This document shows positions 20,418 through 29,010 of a DNA stretch of 64,000 bases, piece by piece (the first letter of the stretch is position 1; each line of letters opens with the position of its first letter). This DNA comes from Calditrichales bacterium (lineage in GTDB: Bacteria; Calditrichota; Calditrichia; Calditrichales; J004), in NCBI GenBank assembly GCA_965267575.1, contig OZ254086.1:1696001-1760000 (forward strand), in the 5' to 3' direction. The translations under genes and the position numbers were made by a program. The notes beneath the pieces are model-generated. The model did no database searches, had not been told where the DNA came from, and worked only from the letters and a program-made list of their open reading frames with translations.

Positions 20418-22571
20418 ATGAGAAAGATAAAGATTGGGATTGACGTAGGGGGCACATTTACGCACGCGGTGGCGGTGGATATCGCCGATTTCTCGATTGT
20501 GGGCAAGGCGGTTGTACCCACTACGCACAGGGCCAAGGAAGGTGTTGCCTCCGGCGTGGTGCAATCCCTGGATAAGCTGCTGGAAGAAGCACGTATCAAG
20601 CGTGAAGAAGTGATCCTTATCGCTCATTCCACCACGCAGGCCACAAACGCGCTGCTGGAAGGCGACGTGGCCACGGTAGGCATCATCGGGATGGGCAAGG
20701 GCTTTGAAGGCAAAATAGCCGCCCGCGAAACCAACCCTAAAAACATCGAACTGGCGCCGGGCAAGTTTCTGCAAACGCGCCACGTTTTTCTGGATACGGC
20801 AAATGGCCTGAAAGACAACCGGATTAAAGAAGCTCTGCAAACGCTGAAAAAACAGGGCGCGGAAGTGATCGTGGCTTCTGAGGCTTTTGGTGTGGACGAT
20901 ACGCGCCATGAAGAACGCGTGATGACAATGGCCCGCGAGATGGGTTTTCTGGCGACGGCAGCCAGTACAATTTCGCAGCTTTACGGTCTGCGCATCCGCA
21001 CGCGCACAGCGGTCATTAATGCCAGCATGATGCCGCGCATGCTGGAAACAGCCAACATGACCGAGCAGTCCGTCCGTGAAAGCGGGATTGAAGCGCCGCT
21101 GATGATCATGCGTTCGGACGGCGGTATTATGGACATCAACGAGATGCGTAAGCGTCCCATTTTAACGATGCTTTCCGGGCCGGCGGCGGGCGTGGCCGCG
21201 GCACTAATGTACGCACGTATCTCTGACGGTATTTTCATCGAAGTGGGCGGTACGTCCAGCGACATCTCAGTGATCAAGAACGGCAAGCCGCAGGTGAAAA
21301 GCGCACAGATTGGCGGCAACCGGCTTTTTCTGCGCACGCTGGATGTGCGCACACTGGGTATCGCCGGGGGCTCCATGCCGCGCCTGAAAGATAACCACTT
21401 CGTGGACGTGGGTCCGCGTAGCGCCCATATCGCCGACCTGGCCTATATTTCCTTCGCCGCCGATGCCGATTTCAGCGCTTTTGAGATGGAATTTTTCCGG
21501 CCAAAGGAGGGCGACCCGGAGGATTATTTTTACGTTCAGCCGCAAAACAACACCACCCGCTATACGATCACGCCAACCGGCGCAGCCAATTTTTTGGGCT
21601 ACGTAAAAACGGAAGGACACGGCGCGGCGGAAATGTCCGTTCTGCAATCTTTTTTTAAGGCCTTTTCCCAAAAGACCGGACGCGATGCCGAGGAACTGGC
21701 CCGCGAAATCCTGACCCTTAGCGCGGAGAAAATCAAACCGGTTATTAAGCGGCTGATGCGCGAATATAAGCTGGACCCGGAGATGGTGCGCTTTGTGGGT
21801 GGCGGTGGCGGCGCGCCGGCGCTGGTGCCCTTCACCGCGGAGTTCATGGAAGTGGAGCACACCATCGCTGAAAACACGGAGGTCATTTCCGCCATTGGCG
21901 CGGCGCTTGGGATTATTCGTGATTCTGTGGAACGCACCGTGCTCAATCCAACGGAAAGCGATATTGTTTCCATCCGCCAGGAGGCGATGCAATCGGTCGA
22001 AGCTATGGGTGCCGTGCCCGAAAGCATCGAGGTGAGCGTGGAGGTGGATACGCGCAATAAACGGTTGATCGCCGTAGCCACCGGTTCCAGCGAAATGCGT
22101 GCCCGCGACCTGGAGATTGCCGAGAAAAGCGAAGAGGAAATCGCTGAAATTGCTGCGCGCTCCCTGAAAACGGACAGGGCCAAAGTGGGGATGGTCGGCA
22201 AAACCAATTTTCTCTGCGCTGCGATTGCAGAAATCGAAAAGAGTTACTTTTTTGGCCTGCTGAAGGAAAAAGAGAAGCGCGTGAGAGTCATCGACCGCGA
22301 GGGCGTTGTTCGGTTGCAGGTAAACGATTGCCTTGCAGAAGAAGTACGCGCCGGAGAAGCCCGGTCGACGATCTCGCGCATGATTGAAGAGCTGACCGCT
22401 TATGGCGATGCAGGCGCCCTTGTGCCGGACATTTTTGTGCTCGTCTCGTCGCGCATTGTCGACCTGACCGGGCTGGTGCAGGAAAGCCAGATCGCCGCGT
22501 TGGTGGATATCGAGCTCAAGTCCCTGCCCGACAGCGAAGCGGTGATCATTATCGCCCAGCGCAAAAAGTGA
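20418..22571 (+). CDS. Hydantoinase/oxoprolinase A-family (ASKHA-fold) ATPase, stand-alone
   Basis: '[10 protein letters not shown]', '[13 protein letters not shown]', 'MRSDGG', 'TMLSGPAAG', 'EVGGTSSDI', 'VGPRSA', 'GGGGG…SAIGAA'. Confidence 0.88.
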   Translation: MRKIKIGIDVGGTFTHAVAVDIADFSIVGKAVVPTTHRAKEGVASGVVQSLDKLLEEARIKREEVILIAHSTTQATNALLEGDVATVGIIGMGKGFEGKIAARETNPKNIELAPGKFLQTRHVFLDTANGLKDNRIKEALQTLKKQGAEVIVASEAFGVDDTRHEERVMTMAREMGFLATAASTISQLYGLRIRTRTAVINASMMPRMLETANMTEQSVRESGIEAPLMIMRSDGGIMDINEMRKRPILTMLSGPAAGVAAALMYARISDGIFIEVGGTSSDISVIKNGKPQVKSAQIGGNRLFLRTLDVRTLGIAGGSMPRLKDNHFVDVGPRSAHIADLAYISFAADADFSAFEMEFFRPKEGDPEDYFYVQPQNNTTRYTITPTGAANFLGYVKTEGHGAAEMSVLQSFFKAFSQKTGRDAEELAREILTLSAEKIKPVIKRLMREYKLDPEMVRFVGGGGGAPALVPFTAEFMEVEHTIAENTEVISAIGAALGIIRDSVERTVLNPTESDIVSIRQEAMQSVEAMGAVPESIEVSVEVDTRNKRLIAVATGSSEMRARDLEIAEKSEEEIAEIAARSLKTDRAKVGMVGKTNFLCAAIAEIEKSYFFGLLKEKEKRVRVIDREGVVRLQVNDCLAEEVRAGEARSTISRMIEELTAYGDAGALVPDIFVLVSSRIVDLTGLVQESQIAALVDIELKSLPDSEAVIIIAQRKK

Positions 22572-22593
22572 TAGGATAGTGAGTGGGGGGAAA

Positions 22594-22687
22594 GTCTGAA
22601 CTTTGATTATTTTGATTGCGTGATGGACTATGATTTAGAAATCTAAATATCAAGAAATCATTTCATCATATAAATCACGGTTTAGAC
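22594..22687. repeat. 94-bp imperfect palindromic element GTCTGAAC…GTTYAGAC, copy 1
   Basis: 80/94 ungapped identity with the reverse complement of 32507-32600. Confidence 0.88.
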
Positions 22688-22692
22688 AGAAG

Positions 22693-22768
22693 GATCAGGC
22701 GTATGATCACGATCATGATCAAGAGGCGTAGGCACATTAACACAATAACACACAAACACGTTAACACA
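22693..22768 (+). repeat. Leader repeat (GATCAY hexamers plus AACACAWT-like octamers), copy 2
   Basis: Matches the reverse complement of 18626-18702; ends 13 nt before ATG 22782. Confidence 0.85.
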
Positions 22769-22781
22769 ATCTTTAATCTTC

Positions 22782-24149
22782 ATGCGCCTTAACAGCCTGG
22801 ATGCTTTACGCGGCATCGCCATCCTGGGGATGGTTCTTTCGGGGACGATTCCCTATGGCAGCCTGCCCACATGGATGTACCACGCCCAGCTTCCCCCGCC
22901 GGACCACGCTTTTTCTCCCGACCTGCCCGGCTTCACCTGGGTCGACCTCGTTTTCCCGCTTTTTTTATTTGCGCTGGGCGCGGCCATCCCGTTGGCCCTG
23001 CAGCGCCGACTGGACAAAGGGGCGAGTGTCAGAGAAGTTTCTTTTTACATTGTGCACCGCAGTTTTCTTCTGGCCTTTTTTGCCATCTTTCTGCAGCATG
23101 TGCGTCCGCACCAAATTGCCAATCCCCCGACGGCACAGGCCTGGTTGTTGGCCCTGGCCGGTTTTGTCGTGCTTTTCCTGATCTTTATGCGCCTGCCGCA
23201 ATCTATCGGCAAAATAAAAACGTGGGGCCTGCGTGCCGCGGGTTGGCTGGGCGCCTTGTTGCTACTGGTTTTTGTTCAATTTCCGGATGGCGGCGGTTTC
23301 TCCCTGCAACGCAGCGATATCATCATCCTGGTTTTGGCCAACATGTATTTTTTTGGCGCTTTTATCTGGCTGGCCACACGCAAAAACGCCGAATGGCGCT
23401 GGGCGGTTTTGGCGCTCTACCTGGCCTGGCGTTTGTCGCACGGCGAGGCGGAGTGGCTGGAAGCGGCCTGGAACTGGTCGCCGGCGCCGTGGTTGTATAA
23501 AGCCGGTTTCCTGAAATACCTGTTTATCGTTCTGCCCGGCACAATGGCCGGGGAGTGGTGGATGCGGCGTAAGGAGCAAACCGACCGGATGCCCGCGGCA
23601 AGACGTGTTCTTTTTTCGGTACTGGTCGTCGCTATGATTTTCCTGCTTTTCGCCGGGCTGCACTCCAGGCATGTGGCTCTTACTTTTGCCTGTTCGATTG
23701 CCTTGCTGCTGGCGGGACATTTTATGGTCAAACCGGCGGCATTATTTTTCAGGCAGACATACCTTCTGGCTGCCTTTTGTCTTGTGCTGGGATTGATCTG
23801 GGAGCCATTTGAAGGCGGCATCAAAAAAGATCCATCGACGATGAGCTTCTATTTTGTCACGCTGGGCATGTCGCTGATTGTGTTGCTTTTGCTGCACCTG
23901 GTGCTGGATCGCGGCGAGCCCGGCTGGTTTGGTCGCCTGCTTTTGAATAACGGGCGCAACCCGATGATCGCCTATGTAGGTATGGCCAACCTCATCTGGC
24001 CGTTGACGCATTTGAGCGGCATACAAAAAATAATCGAGCAATGGACGGCAGCACCCTGGCCGGGCTTTTTACGCGGGCTGGCCTTTACGCTCTTACTGGC
24101 CTGGATCGTGCACCTGTTTACACAAAAAAAATGGATTTGGAGAGCTTAA
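22782..24149 (+). CDS. DUF5009/NagX-like membrane protein (heparan-alpha-glucosaminide N-acetyltransferase-like)
   Basis: 'RLNSLDALRGIAILGMVL', 'WMYHAQ.PPP', 'GFTWVDLVFPLFLF..G.AIP', 'GIKKDPST.S', 'GRNPMIAY'. Confidence 0.85.
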   Translation: MRLNSLDALRGIAILGMVLSGTIPYGSLPTWMYHAQLPPPDHAFSPDLPGFTWVDLVFPLFLFALGAAIPLALQRRLDKGASVREVSFYIVHRSFLLAFFAIFLQHVRPHQIANPPTAQAWLLALAGFVVLFLIFMRLPQSIGKIKTWGLRAAGWLGALLLLVFVQFPDGGGFSLQRSDIIILVLANMYFFGAFIWLATRKNAEWRWAVLALYLAWRLSHGEAEWLEAAWNWSPAPWLYKAGFLKYLFIVLPGTMAGEWWMRRKEQTDRMPAARRVLFSVLVVAMIFLLFAGLHSRHVALTFACSIALLLAGHFMVKPAALFFRQTYLLAAFCLVLGLIWEPFEGGIKKDPSTMSFYFVTLGMSLIVLLLLHLVLDRGEPGWFGRLLLNNGRNPMIAYVGMANLIWPLTHLSGIQKIIEQWTAAPWPGFLRGLAFTLLLAWIVHLFTQKKWIWRA

Positions 24150-26044
24150 TGATACGATTTCTGAAAACGGCTTTTGTAATGGTCATTTTTTCGGCAATGA
24201 CCTTGCCGGCGCAAGTTAAGGAATTCCGCGCCGTAAAGATTACCAACGTGGACAGCGAGGTCATGTTTTTCGACGGGGCCATTGCCTCTGCCATGGATTA
24301 CCTGGCGTCAATCAATATCAACGTGGTGCTGGTGGTGGTCTGGAATGGCAGTCAAACCGACGGCACGCATACGCTTTATCCCAGCGCGGTGATGGATTCG
24401 CTTTTTGGCCGGCCCATTCACCCACACCCCAAAATTGTCGGCCGTGATCCGCTTAAACGCATCATCATTGAAGCGCATCGCAACGGCATCGAGGTGTTCC
24501 CCTGGTTTGAACTGGGCTTTGCCACGGGATACAATCAGAACGGCGGCTATATTTTAAAGCAAAAACCGGAGTGGACCCTGCGTGACCGCCAGGGCAACCT
24601 GGTAAATGAAAACGGCTTCGACTGGATGAGCGCCATCCATCCCGGGCCGCAGCAAATGATCCTGGACCTGGCGCTGGAAGTAGTGGATAAGTACGACGTG
24701 GATGGCGTGGAATGGTCGGACCGCATACCTGCACTGCCCGTGGAAGGCGGCTACGAAGACACCACCGTGGCCATGTACAAAGCGGAGCATAACGGGCAAT
24801 CGCCGCCGCAGGACTATAACAATAGTGCCTGGAAAGAGTGGCGCGCAGACAAAATGACCGACTACCTGGGCCGCGTGCGCGATTCCATTAAAGGACGGGG
24901 CGAACACCTCATCTTTTCGTCGAGCCCGTCGGTCTATCCCTGGGGTTATGACAACTACTTGCAGGACTCCGAAGAGTGGGTCGACCGCGGCATCATTGAC
25001 AACCTGATCCCGCAGCTTTACCGCTATTCGCTGGAGGACTACATCGCCGAACTGGATAAATCGCTCAGCTATGTGCCGCTCTCCTGGCATAACCGTTTTT
25101 ACGCCGGGTTATTGGTTAGATCGGGCAGCTATGTAATCGACCCGGAATTCATGCTGGAATCGATTGCTGCCAACCGTGCCCGCAATGTTTACGGCGATGT
25201 TTTCTTTTTTTACGAAGGCCTGCGCGCCAACGACGACTTGCTGGGGGATACGCTGAAAGCGACATACTACGGCGAGAAAGCACTGAATCCGGAAAGGGAG
25301 GGTGTGTGGCGTCCGCTGCCGGAAATCGTGAATGAGGATGACGACAATGTGGCCGCTGAAGGCGACTGGACAGAGACATCGAGCAATGGCTACGACGATA
25401 CCATTCTCTACGCCGCCGGCTCTTCGGATGCTTCTATTACCTATAGCTTTGATGTGCCCTACGACGGCTGGTTCGATCTATTTGCGTATGTGGTCACCGG
25501 CGGGCTGGCCGCGGAAAACGCGCCTTATACCGTGCTGCATCCTGACGGCGACAGCACCAGTATCATCATCAACCAGGTGGATGGCCGCAATGGGGGCTGG
25601 CAACCGCTGGAAACGCTTTACCTGGAACAAGGCTTACATACGCTGCTACGCCTCTCCACGGATGGTGTTGCCGCGGACCGCAAGGTTACCGCCGATGCCG
25701 CCATGCTGATGCTGAACCGCAAGCTGTCGCCGGATGTGCTCGTCACCGGCATCGATAAAGAACCCGTCTTGGCAAGGGTTGAAAACTTTACTCTTTACGA
25801 AAACTATCCCAACCCTTTCAACGGGCAGACGACGATTCGCTTTGAATTACAGCGCGCCGCGCATGTGCGTTTGGAGGTTTTTGATTTACTGGGCAGGAAG
25901 GTGCAGACATTGTTAAACGAACAGCGCCCGGCGGGAGCACACACAGCCCGTTTCAACAGCGCCACTCTTTCCAGCGGTTTCTACTTCTACCGCCTTACAG
26001 ATGGAAAAAATACGCAAGCGCGCAAGATGCTGTTGATTAAGTAG
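24149..26044 (+). CDS. Secreted GHL10 glycosyl hydrolase with golvesin/Xly-like CBM and T9SS-type C-terminal domain
   Basis: TAATG overlap with the upstream stop; signal peptide; 'EFRAVKITNVDS', 'RDPL…EAHRNGIEV.PWFE', 'YDVDGVEWSDR'; CTD 'NYPNPFN…RKMLLIK'. Confidence 0.87.
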   Translation: MIRFLKTAFVMVIFSAMTLPAQVKEFRAVKITNVDSEVMFFDGAIASAMDYLASININVVLVVVWNGSQTDGTHTLYPSAVMDSLFGRPIHPHPKIVGRDPLKRIIIEAHRNGIEVFPWFELGFATGYNQNGGYILKQKPEWTLRDRQGNLVNENGFDWMSAIHPGPQQMILDLALEVVDKYDVDGVEWSDRIPALPVEGGYEDTTVAMYKAEHNGQSPPQDYNNSAWKEWRADKMTDYLGRVRDSIKGRGEHLIFSSSPSVYPWGYDNYLQDSEEWVDRGIIDNLIPQLYRYSLEDYIAELDKSLSYVPLSWHNRFYAGLLVRSGSYVIDPEFMLESIAANRARNVYGDVFFFYEGLRANDDLLGDTLKATYYGEKALNPEREGVWRPLPEIVNEDDDNVAAEGDWTETSSNGYDDTILYAAGSSDASITYSFDVPYDGWFDLFAYVVTGGLAAENAPYTVLHPDGDSTSIIINQVDGRNGGWQPLETLYLEQGLHTLLRLSTDGVAADRKVTADAAMLMLNRKLSPDVLVTGIDKEPVLARVENFTLYENYPNPFNGQTTIRFELQRAAHVRLEVFDLLGRKVQTLLNEQRPAGAHTARFNSATLSSGFYFYRLTDGKNTQARKMLLIK

Positions 26045-26146
26045 AAGGCCCCGCTGTTGGCGGCTGGCCAAAACAGGTGATGACAGCACGGGAGTATCTA
26101 CTTTTTAAAGACAGGAAAACGCCGCCTGTTCTTTTCTTTGATTAAT

Positions 26147-26180
26147 AAAAATCCCGGGTGACGTTTTGCCACACCGGGAT
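26147..26180 (-). terminator. REP-derived hairpin, probable terminator of the yeeE operon
   Basis: Minus strand ATCCCGG-TGTGGCAAAACGTCAC-CCGGGAT followed by TTTTATT; shares ATCCCGGTGTGGCAAAA with 18721. Confidence 0.6.
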
Positions 26181-26193
26181 TCCCCCTCGCGGA

Positions 26194-26373
26194 TCAATCA
26201 CATGTGGAAGGTGTGGGCGGAGGCAGAGAGGCGTTTTTTGCCACCTGCACGCTGTCGACCGGGTTGTGCGCGGCCGGCACGTTATATTCAGACGGGTCGC
26301 CGAGGAGCAGGGCAAGCAGGCCCAGCAACATAAAAAGCAGGCCGAACACGGACAAGGCGCGGCTTGGTTTCAT
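26194..26373 (-). CDS. 59-aa membrane-anchored small protein ending in TCD (not in the ORF track)
   Basis: Hand translation: MKPSRALSVFGLLFMLLGLLALLLGDPSEYNVPAAHNPVDSVQVAKNASLPPPTPSTCD*. ATGA overlap with the yeeE stop. Confidence 0.7.
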   Translation of the reverse strand: MKPSRALSVFGLLFMLLGLLALLLGDPSEYNVPAAHNPVDSVQVAKNASLPPPTPSTCD

Positions 26374-26939
26374 CGGTTTATCCGGTTCTCGATAATCTCG
26401 GCAACAAAAAAGGCGGCCAGCGCCGAAACAATCACCGCAAAAACGGTGGCGCCGTAGCTGAGTTGAAACAGGTGTGGCAGAAAAACATTACCTTCCTGCC
26501 CGCTAAGATAAACGCTTTCCCACCAGTCAAAACTTTCTCCAAACAGCCACATGCCCCCGATCATGCCACCCAGGAACCAGAGTGCGTCGCGCTTGCTACC
26601 GGCCATGCCCACCACGCAGGTCCCCGGACAATAGCCGCCCATCACAAACCCGATGCCCAGCAGCAGGCCGCCCAAAAGCTGCGCGCCCCAGTAGGTATCG
26701 GTAAAAGCCAGTCGCGCAAAATCCATCCATCCCATCCAGGTTAAGAAAAAGATGCCGGCCATGGCTGTTAATATGGCGCTGAACATCATTTTGAAGACGG
26801 TCATATCCGTGAGGTAGAATTGCGCCACCAGCTTGCGGGCATTGCCCAGCCCGGCGCGTTCCAGGAAAAAACCAAAGGCCACGCCCGCGCCCAGGGCGTA
26901 CAAAAGATTGAAGCTGCCCTCAGGAAAGACCGGGAACAT
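26370..26939 (-). CDS. yeeE: YeeE/YedE sulfur (thiosulfate) transporter family, half 2
   Basis: 'GVAFGFFLERAG', 'GGLLLGIGF.MGGYCPGT'. Start at the TAATG overlap, 26939. Confidence 0.88.
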   Translation of the reverse strand: MFPVFPEGSFNLLYALGAGVAFGFFLERAGLGNARKLVAQFYLTDMTVFKMMFSAILTAMAGIFFLTWMGWMDFARLAFTDTYWGAQLLGGLLLGIGFVMGGYCPGTCVVGMAGSKRDALWFLGGMIGGMWLFGESFDWWESVYLSGQEGNVFLPHLFQLSYGATVFAVIVSALAAFFVAEIIENRINR

Positions 26940-27454
26940 TAGTACCACTCCCGGCGCAGCAAACGCGCCACCAGGTAACCGCCCACAAAAATCATGATCA
27001 TAAACAGCCAACTGCCCCCGTTAAGCAGGGCGCCACCCGTTAAGGCCTGGCCGCTGGTACAGCCACGGCCCAACCGTGAACCAACACCCACCAGCGCACC
27101 GCCGCCAATGGCAAAAAGCTTTCTACGCCTGTCGGATACACCCGGCCCTTTAACGATCTCTTTTCCGGCGCGCCCGGCCAGTCTGGCTGACAACCAGCCT
27201 CCCGTGTACACACCGATCACTTCAACAAAAACCCATGTGCCCAGCAAGCCCGGCCCGCTGATGTAGCGACTGAAATAATCATGAAAGGTGGCGTGTGTGC
27301 CGGTGAGGACCGCAAGCGTGTTGCTCATCGCCCGGTTCAACGCGCCGGATACACCGATGCCGTGACCGGTGATCAGAAATGTGAGCAACAATACCAGCCC
27401 CAGCCCAAAGCCGGCCAGGTAGGGATTCATATATTTTGTTTCATGCTTGATCAT
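26939..27454 (-). CDS. yeeE: YeeE/YedE sulfur (thiosulfate) transporter family, half 1
   Basis: 'NPYLAGFGLG', 'GIGVSG', 'GGALVGVGSRLGRGCTSGQALTGG'. Start moved to ATG 27454. Confidence 0.88.
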   Translation of the reverse strand: MIKHETKYMNPYLAGFGLGLVLLLTFLITGHGIGVSGALNRAMSNTLAVLTGTHATFHDYFSRYISGPGLLGTWVFVEVIGVYTGGWLSARLAGRAGKEIVKGPGVSDRRRKLFAIGGGALVGVGSRLGRGCTSGQALTGGALLNGGSWLFMIMIFVGGYLVARLLRREWY

Positions 27455-27601
27455 GATTATTTTCCTGTCATCCGCCCATGCATCGGGGCTGACAAACACA
27501 GTTCTCTTCCAGGGATGGGCTTAGGATGTGTTACCTCTGCACGTACCAACAATTCACCCTTCACAACCCTTAATTCAGCCTCTTGCCCCTTCCGGCAATG
27601 T

Positions 27602-27636
27602 ATCCCGGTGTTGGCTGCTCGCCATACCGGGATGAC
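27602..27636. repeat. REP-like hairpin
   Basis: ATCCCGGTGTTGGC-TGCTC-GCCATACCGGGATGAC. Confidence 0.75.
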
Positions 27637-27655
27637 GTGTCAGGTAATACAATTG

Positions 27656-28834
27656 TCACTTGGTCACTCCGTCACTTATTTTGCGGCCTTTTTCCGTGCG
27701 CCCGGTCATGATGAATTCTACTGTGCCGGGTTTTGCCTCGGGGAAGTGGAATTGCCAGTTGTAATCCCGGGTGAAGAAAAGGTGCTCGTTGTCGGCGCGC
27801 AATAAGACAGGCTTATTATTCCACGGCGGTATCATCACAAAGCCGCTGTCATGCAAGGCAAATTGAAGTTTGGAATCGCCCACCTGGTAGGAACCGCTTA
27901 ATTGCCGCAGTTTCGTATCAGGCACATCAACGCCGCTCCAATAAACTGCGTACTCTTTCACATCCAGCTTGCCCAGCATGCGTTTGGCCCGGGTGTAGCC
28001 GGGGTTGCTTTGCGCCAGCTTTTTGTATGTGGCGATTGCTTCCTTGTCTTGTCCGGCATCCATCTGTACCCGGCCCAGCATGTCCCGTTCGCTCCATGCC
28101 TGGGGATGCACATCGAGAAGCATCTGCAACGCGGCGATAGCATCCGCATATTTTTTATCGCCGTAATACTCCATGGCGATGCTGTGTATCTGTTGCTGTG
28201 AAAAAGGAGCGAAACTCGGATTGCGTCTGCGTTCGGCACGGAATTTGGGCAATGCTTTTTGCGCGCCTTCTGCGCGGATCATTTTTACAAAATCCGATTC
28301 AAAGCGGTACTCCGGGTCGGCACCGTATTTTTTTAAACCCTCTTCGATGAAGGTGTGCCACGTTCCCGTCGGATACCAGATTTCATCCATCCATTTTTTG
28401 GCCTCAGTTTTGGGTACACCCAGTTGGGTAACGCGGTAGACGTACATAAAAGCGCTGGCACGCATGTTGGCCTGGCAATGGAAAAAGACCTTTTCACCCT
28501 CGTGCATTTTCATATCGTCCACAAAAGCCTGCAGGTTTTCCATACTCGGGTCACGCCACTCCACGGGGATTTGTGTGAATGTCATGCCCAGGTCCTGCAC
28601 CACCTGTTTCTCATCTTCCTGGTCACCCGGCAGCAGGGTGATTACGTGGCTAAAGCCGTAATCCCTTACGAATTGAAACTGGTGATCTTTCACATAACCG
28701 GCGCTGGCCAGGTCATCTTGCACAAGCTGGAAGGCGCGGATGGTATTGAGCGAATCGACGACGGGCTGGCTGTACAGCGGGGACAACACCGAAAATGCAA
28801 AAAATAGAAGGCAACTTCTCATAACGTGATCCAT
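27656..28834 (-). CDS. Exported DUF442/PTP-like (CX4R) sulfurtransferase or phosphatase with TPR repeats
   Basis: Signal peptide; 'LASAG', 'VITLLP', 'QIPVEW..P', 'VFFHCQANMRASAF'; TPR-like helices 'YYGDKKYADAIAAL…LGRV…EAIATYKK'. Confidence 0.75.
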   Translation of the reverse strand: MDHVMRSCLLFFAFSVLSPLYSQPVVDSLNTIRAFQLVQDDLASAGYVKDHQFQFVRDYGFSHVITLLPGDQEDEKQVVQDLGMTFTQIPVEWRDPSMENLQAFVDDMKMHEGEKVFFHCQANMRASAFMYVYRVTQLGVPKTEAKKWMDEIWYPTGTWHTFIEEGLKKYGADPEYRFESDFVKMIRAEGAQKALPKFRAERRRNPSFAPFSQQQIHSIAMEYYGDKKYADAIAALQMLLDVHPQAWSERDMLGRVQMDAGQDKEAIATYKKLAQSNPGYTRAKRMLGKLDVKEYAVYWSGVDVPDTKLRQLSGSYQVGDSKLQFALHDSGFVMIPPWNNKPVLLRADNEHLFFTRDYNWQFHFPEAKPGTVEFIMTGRTEKGRKISDGVTK

Positions 28835-28891
28835 GGTTTAATCAAACAGGCAAAGGCAATTAAAAGGTAGGAAAACGTGTGTGCAACTATC

Positions 28892-28917
28892 GGACAAAAA
28901 GCGGTCAAGAAAGGACA
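28892..28917 (-). promoter_or_regulatory. Candidate AraC/GlxA-family operator (TGTCC-N16-TGTCC)
   Basis: GGACA at 28892 and 28913 (21-bp period), upstream of the DUF442 gene and next to a GlxA-family regulator. Confidence 0.4.
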
Positions 28918-29010
28918 GAAGTTTTTAAATTTTGATCGAATATCCGGCTGATACAAAGAGCATCATGAGAATGAGCATTTTGATGGATTTCTGCCTTCGC
29001 GGGAAGGACA

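Noticed and set aside
26150-26196. TGA after Cys-Asp followed by a hairpin, suggesting selenocysteine read-through with a SECIS
   Set aside because: The hairpin belongs to the dispersed REP-like family and has a U-tract like a terminator; the read-through extension has no recognisable features.
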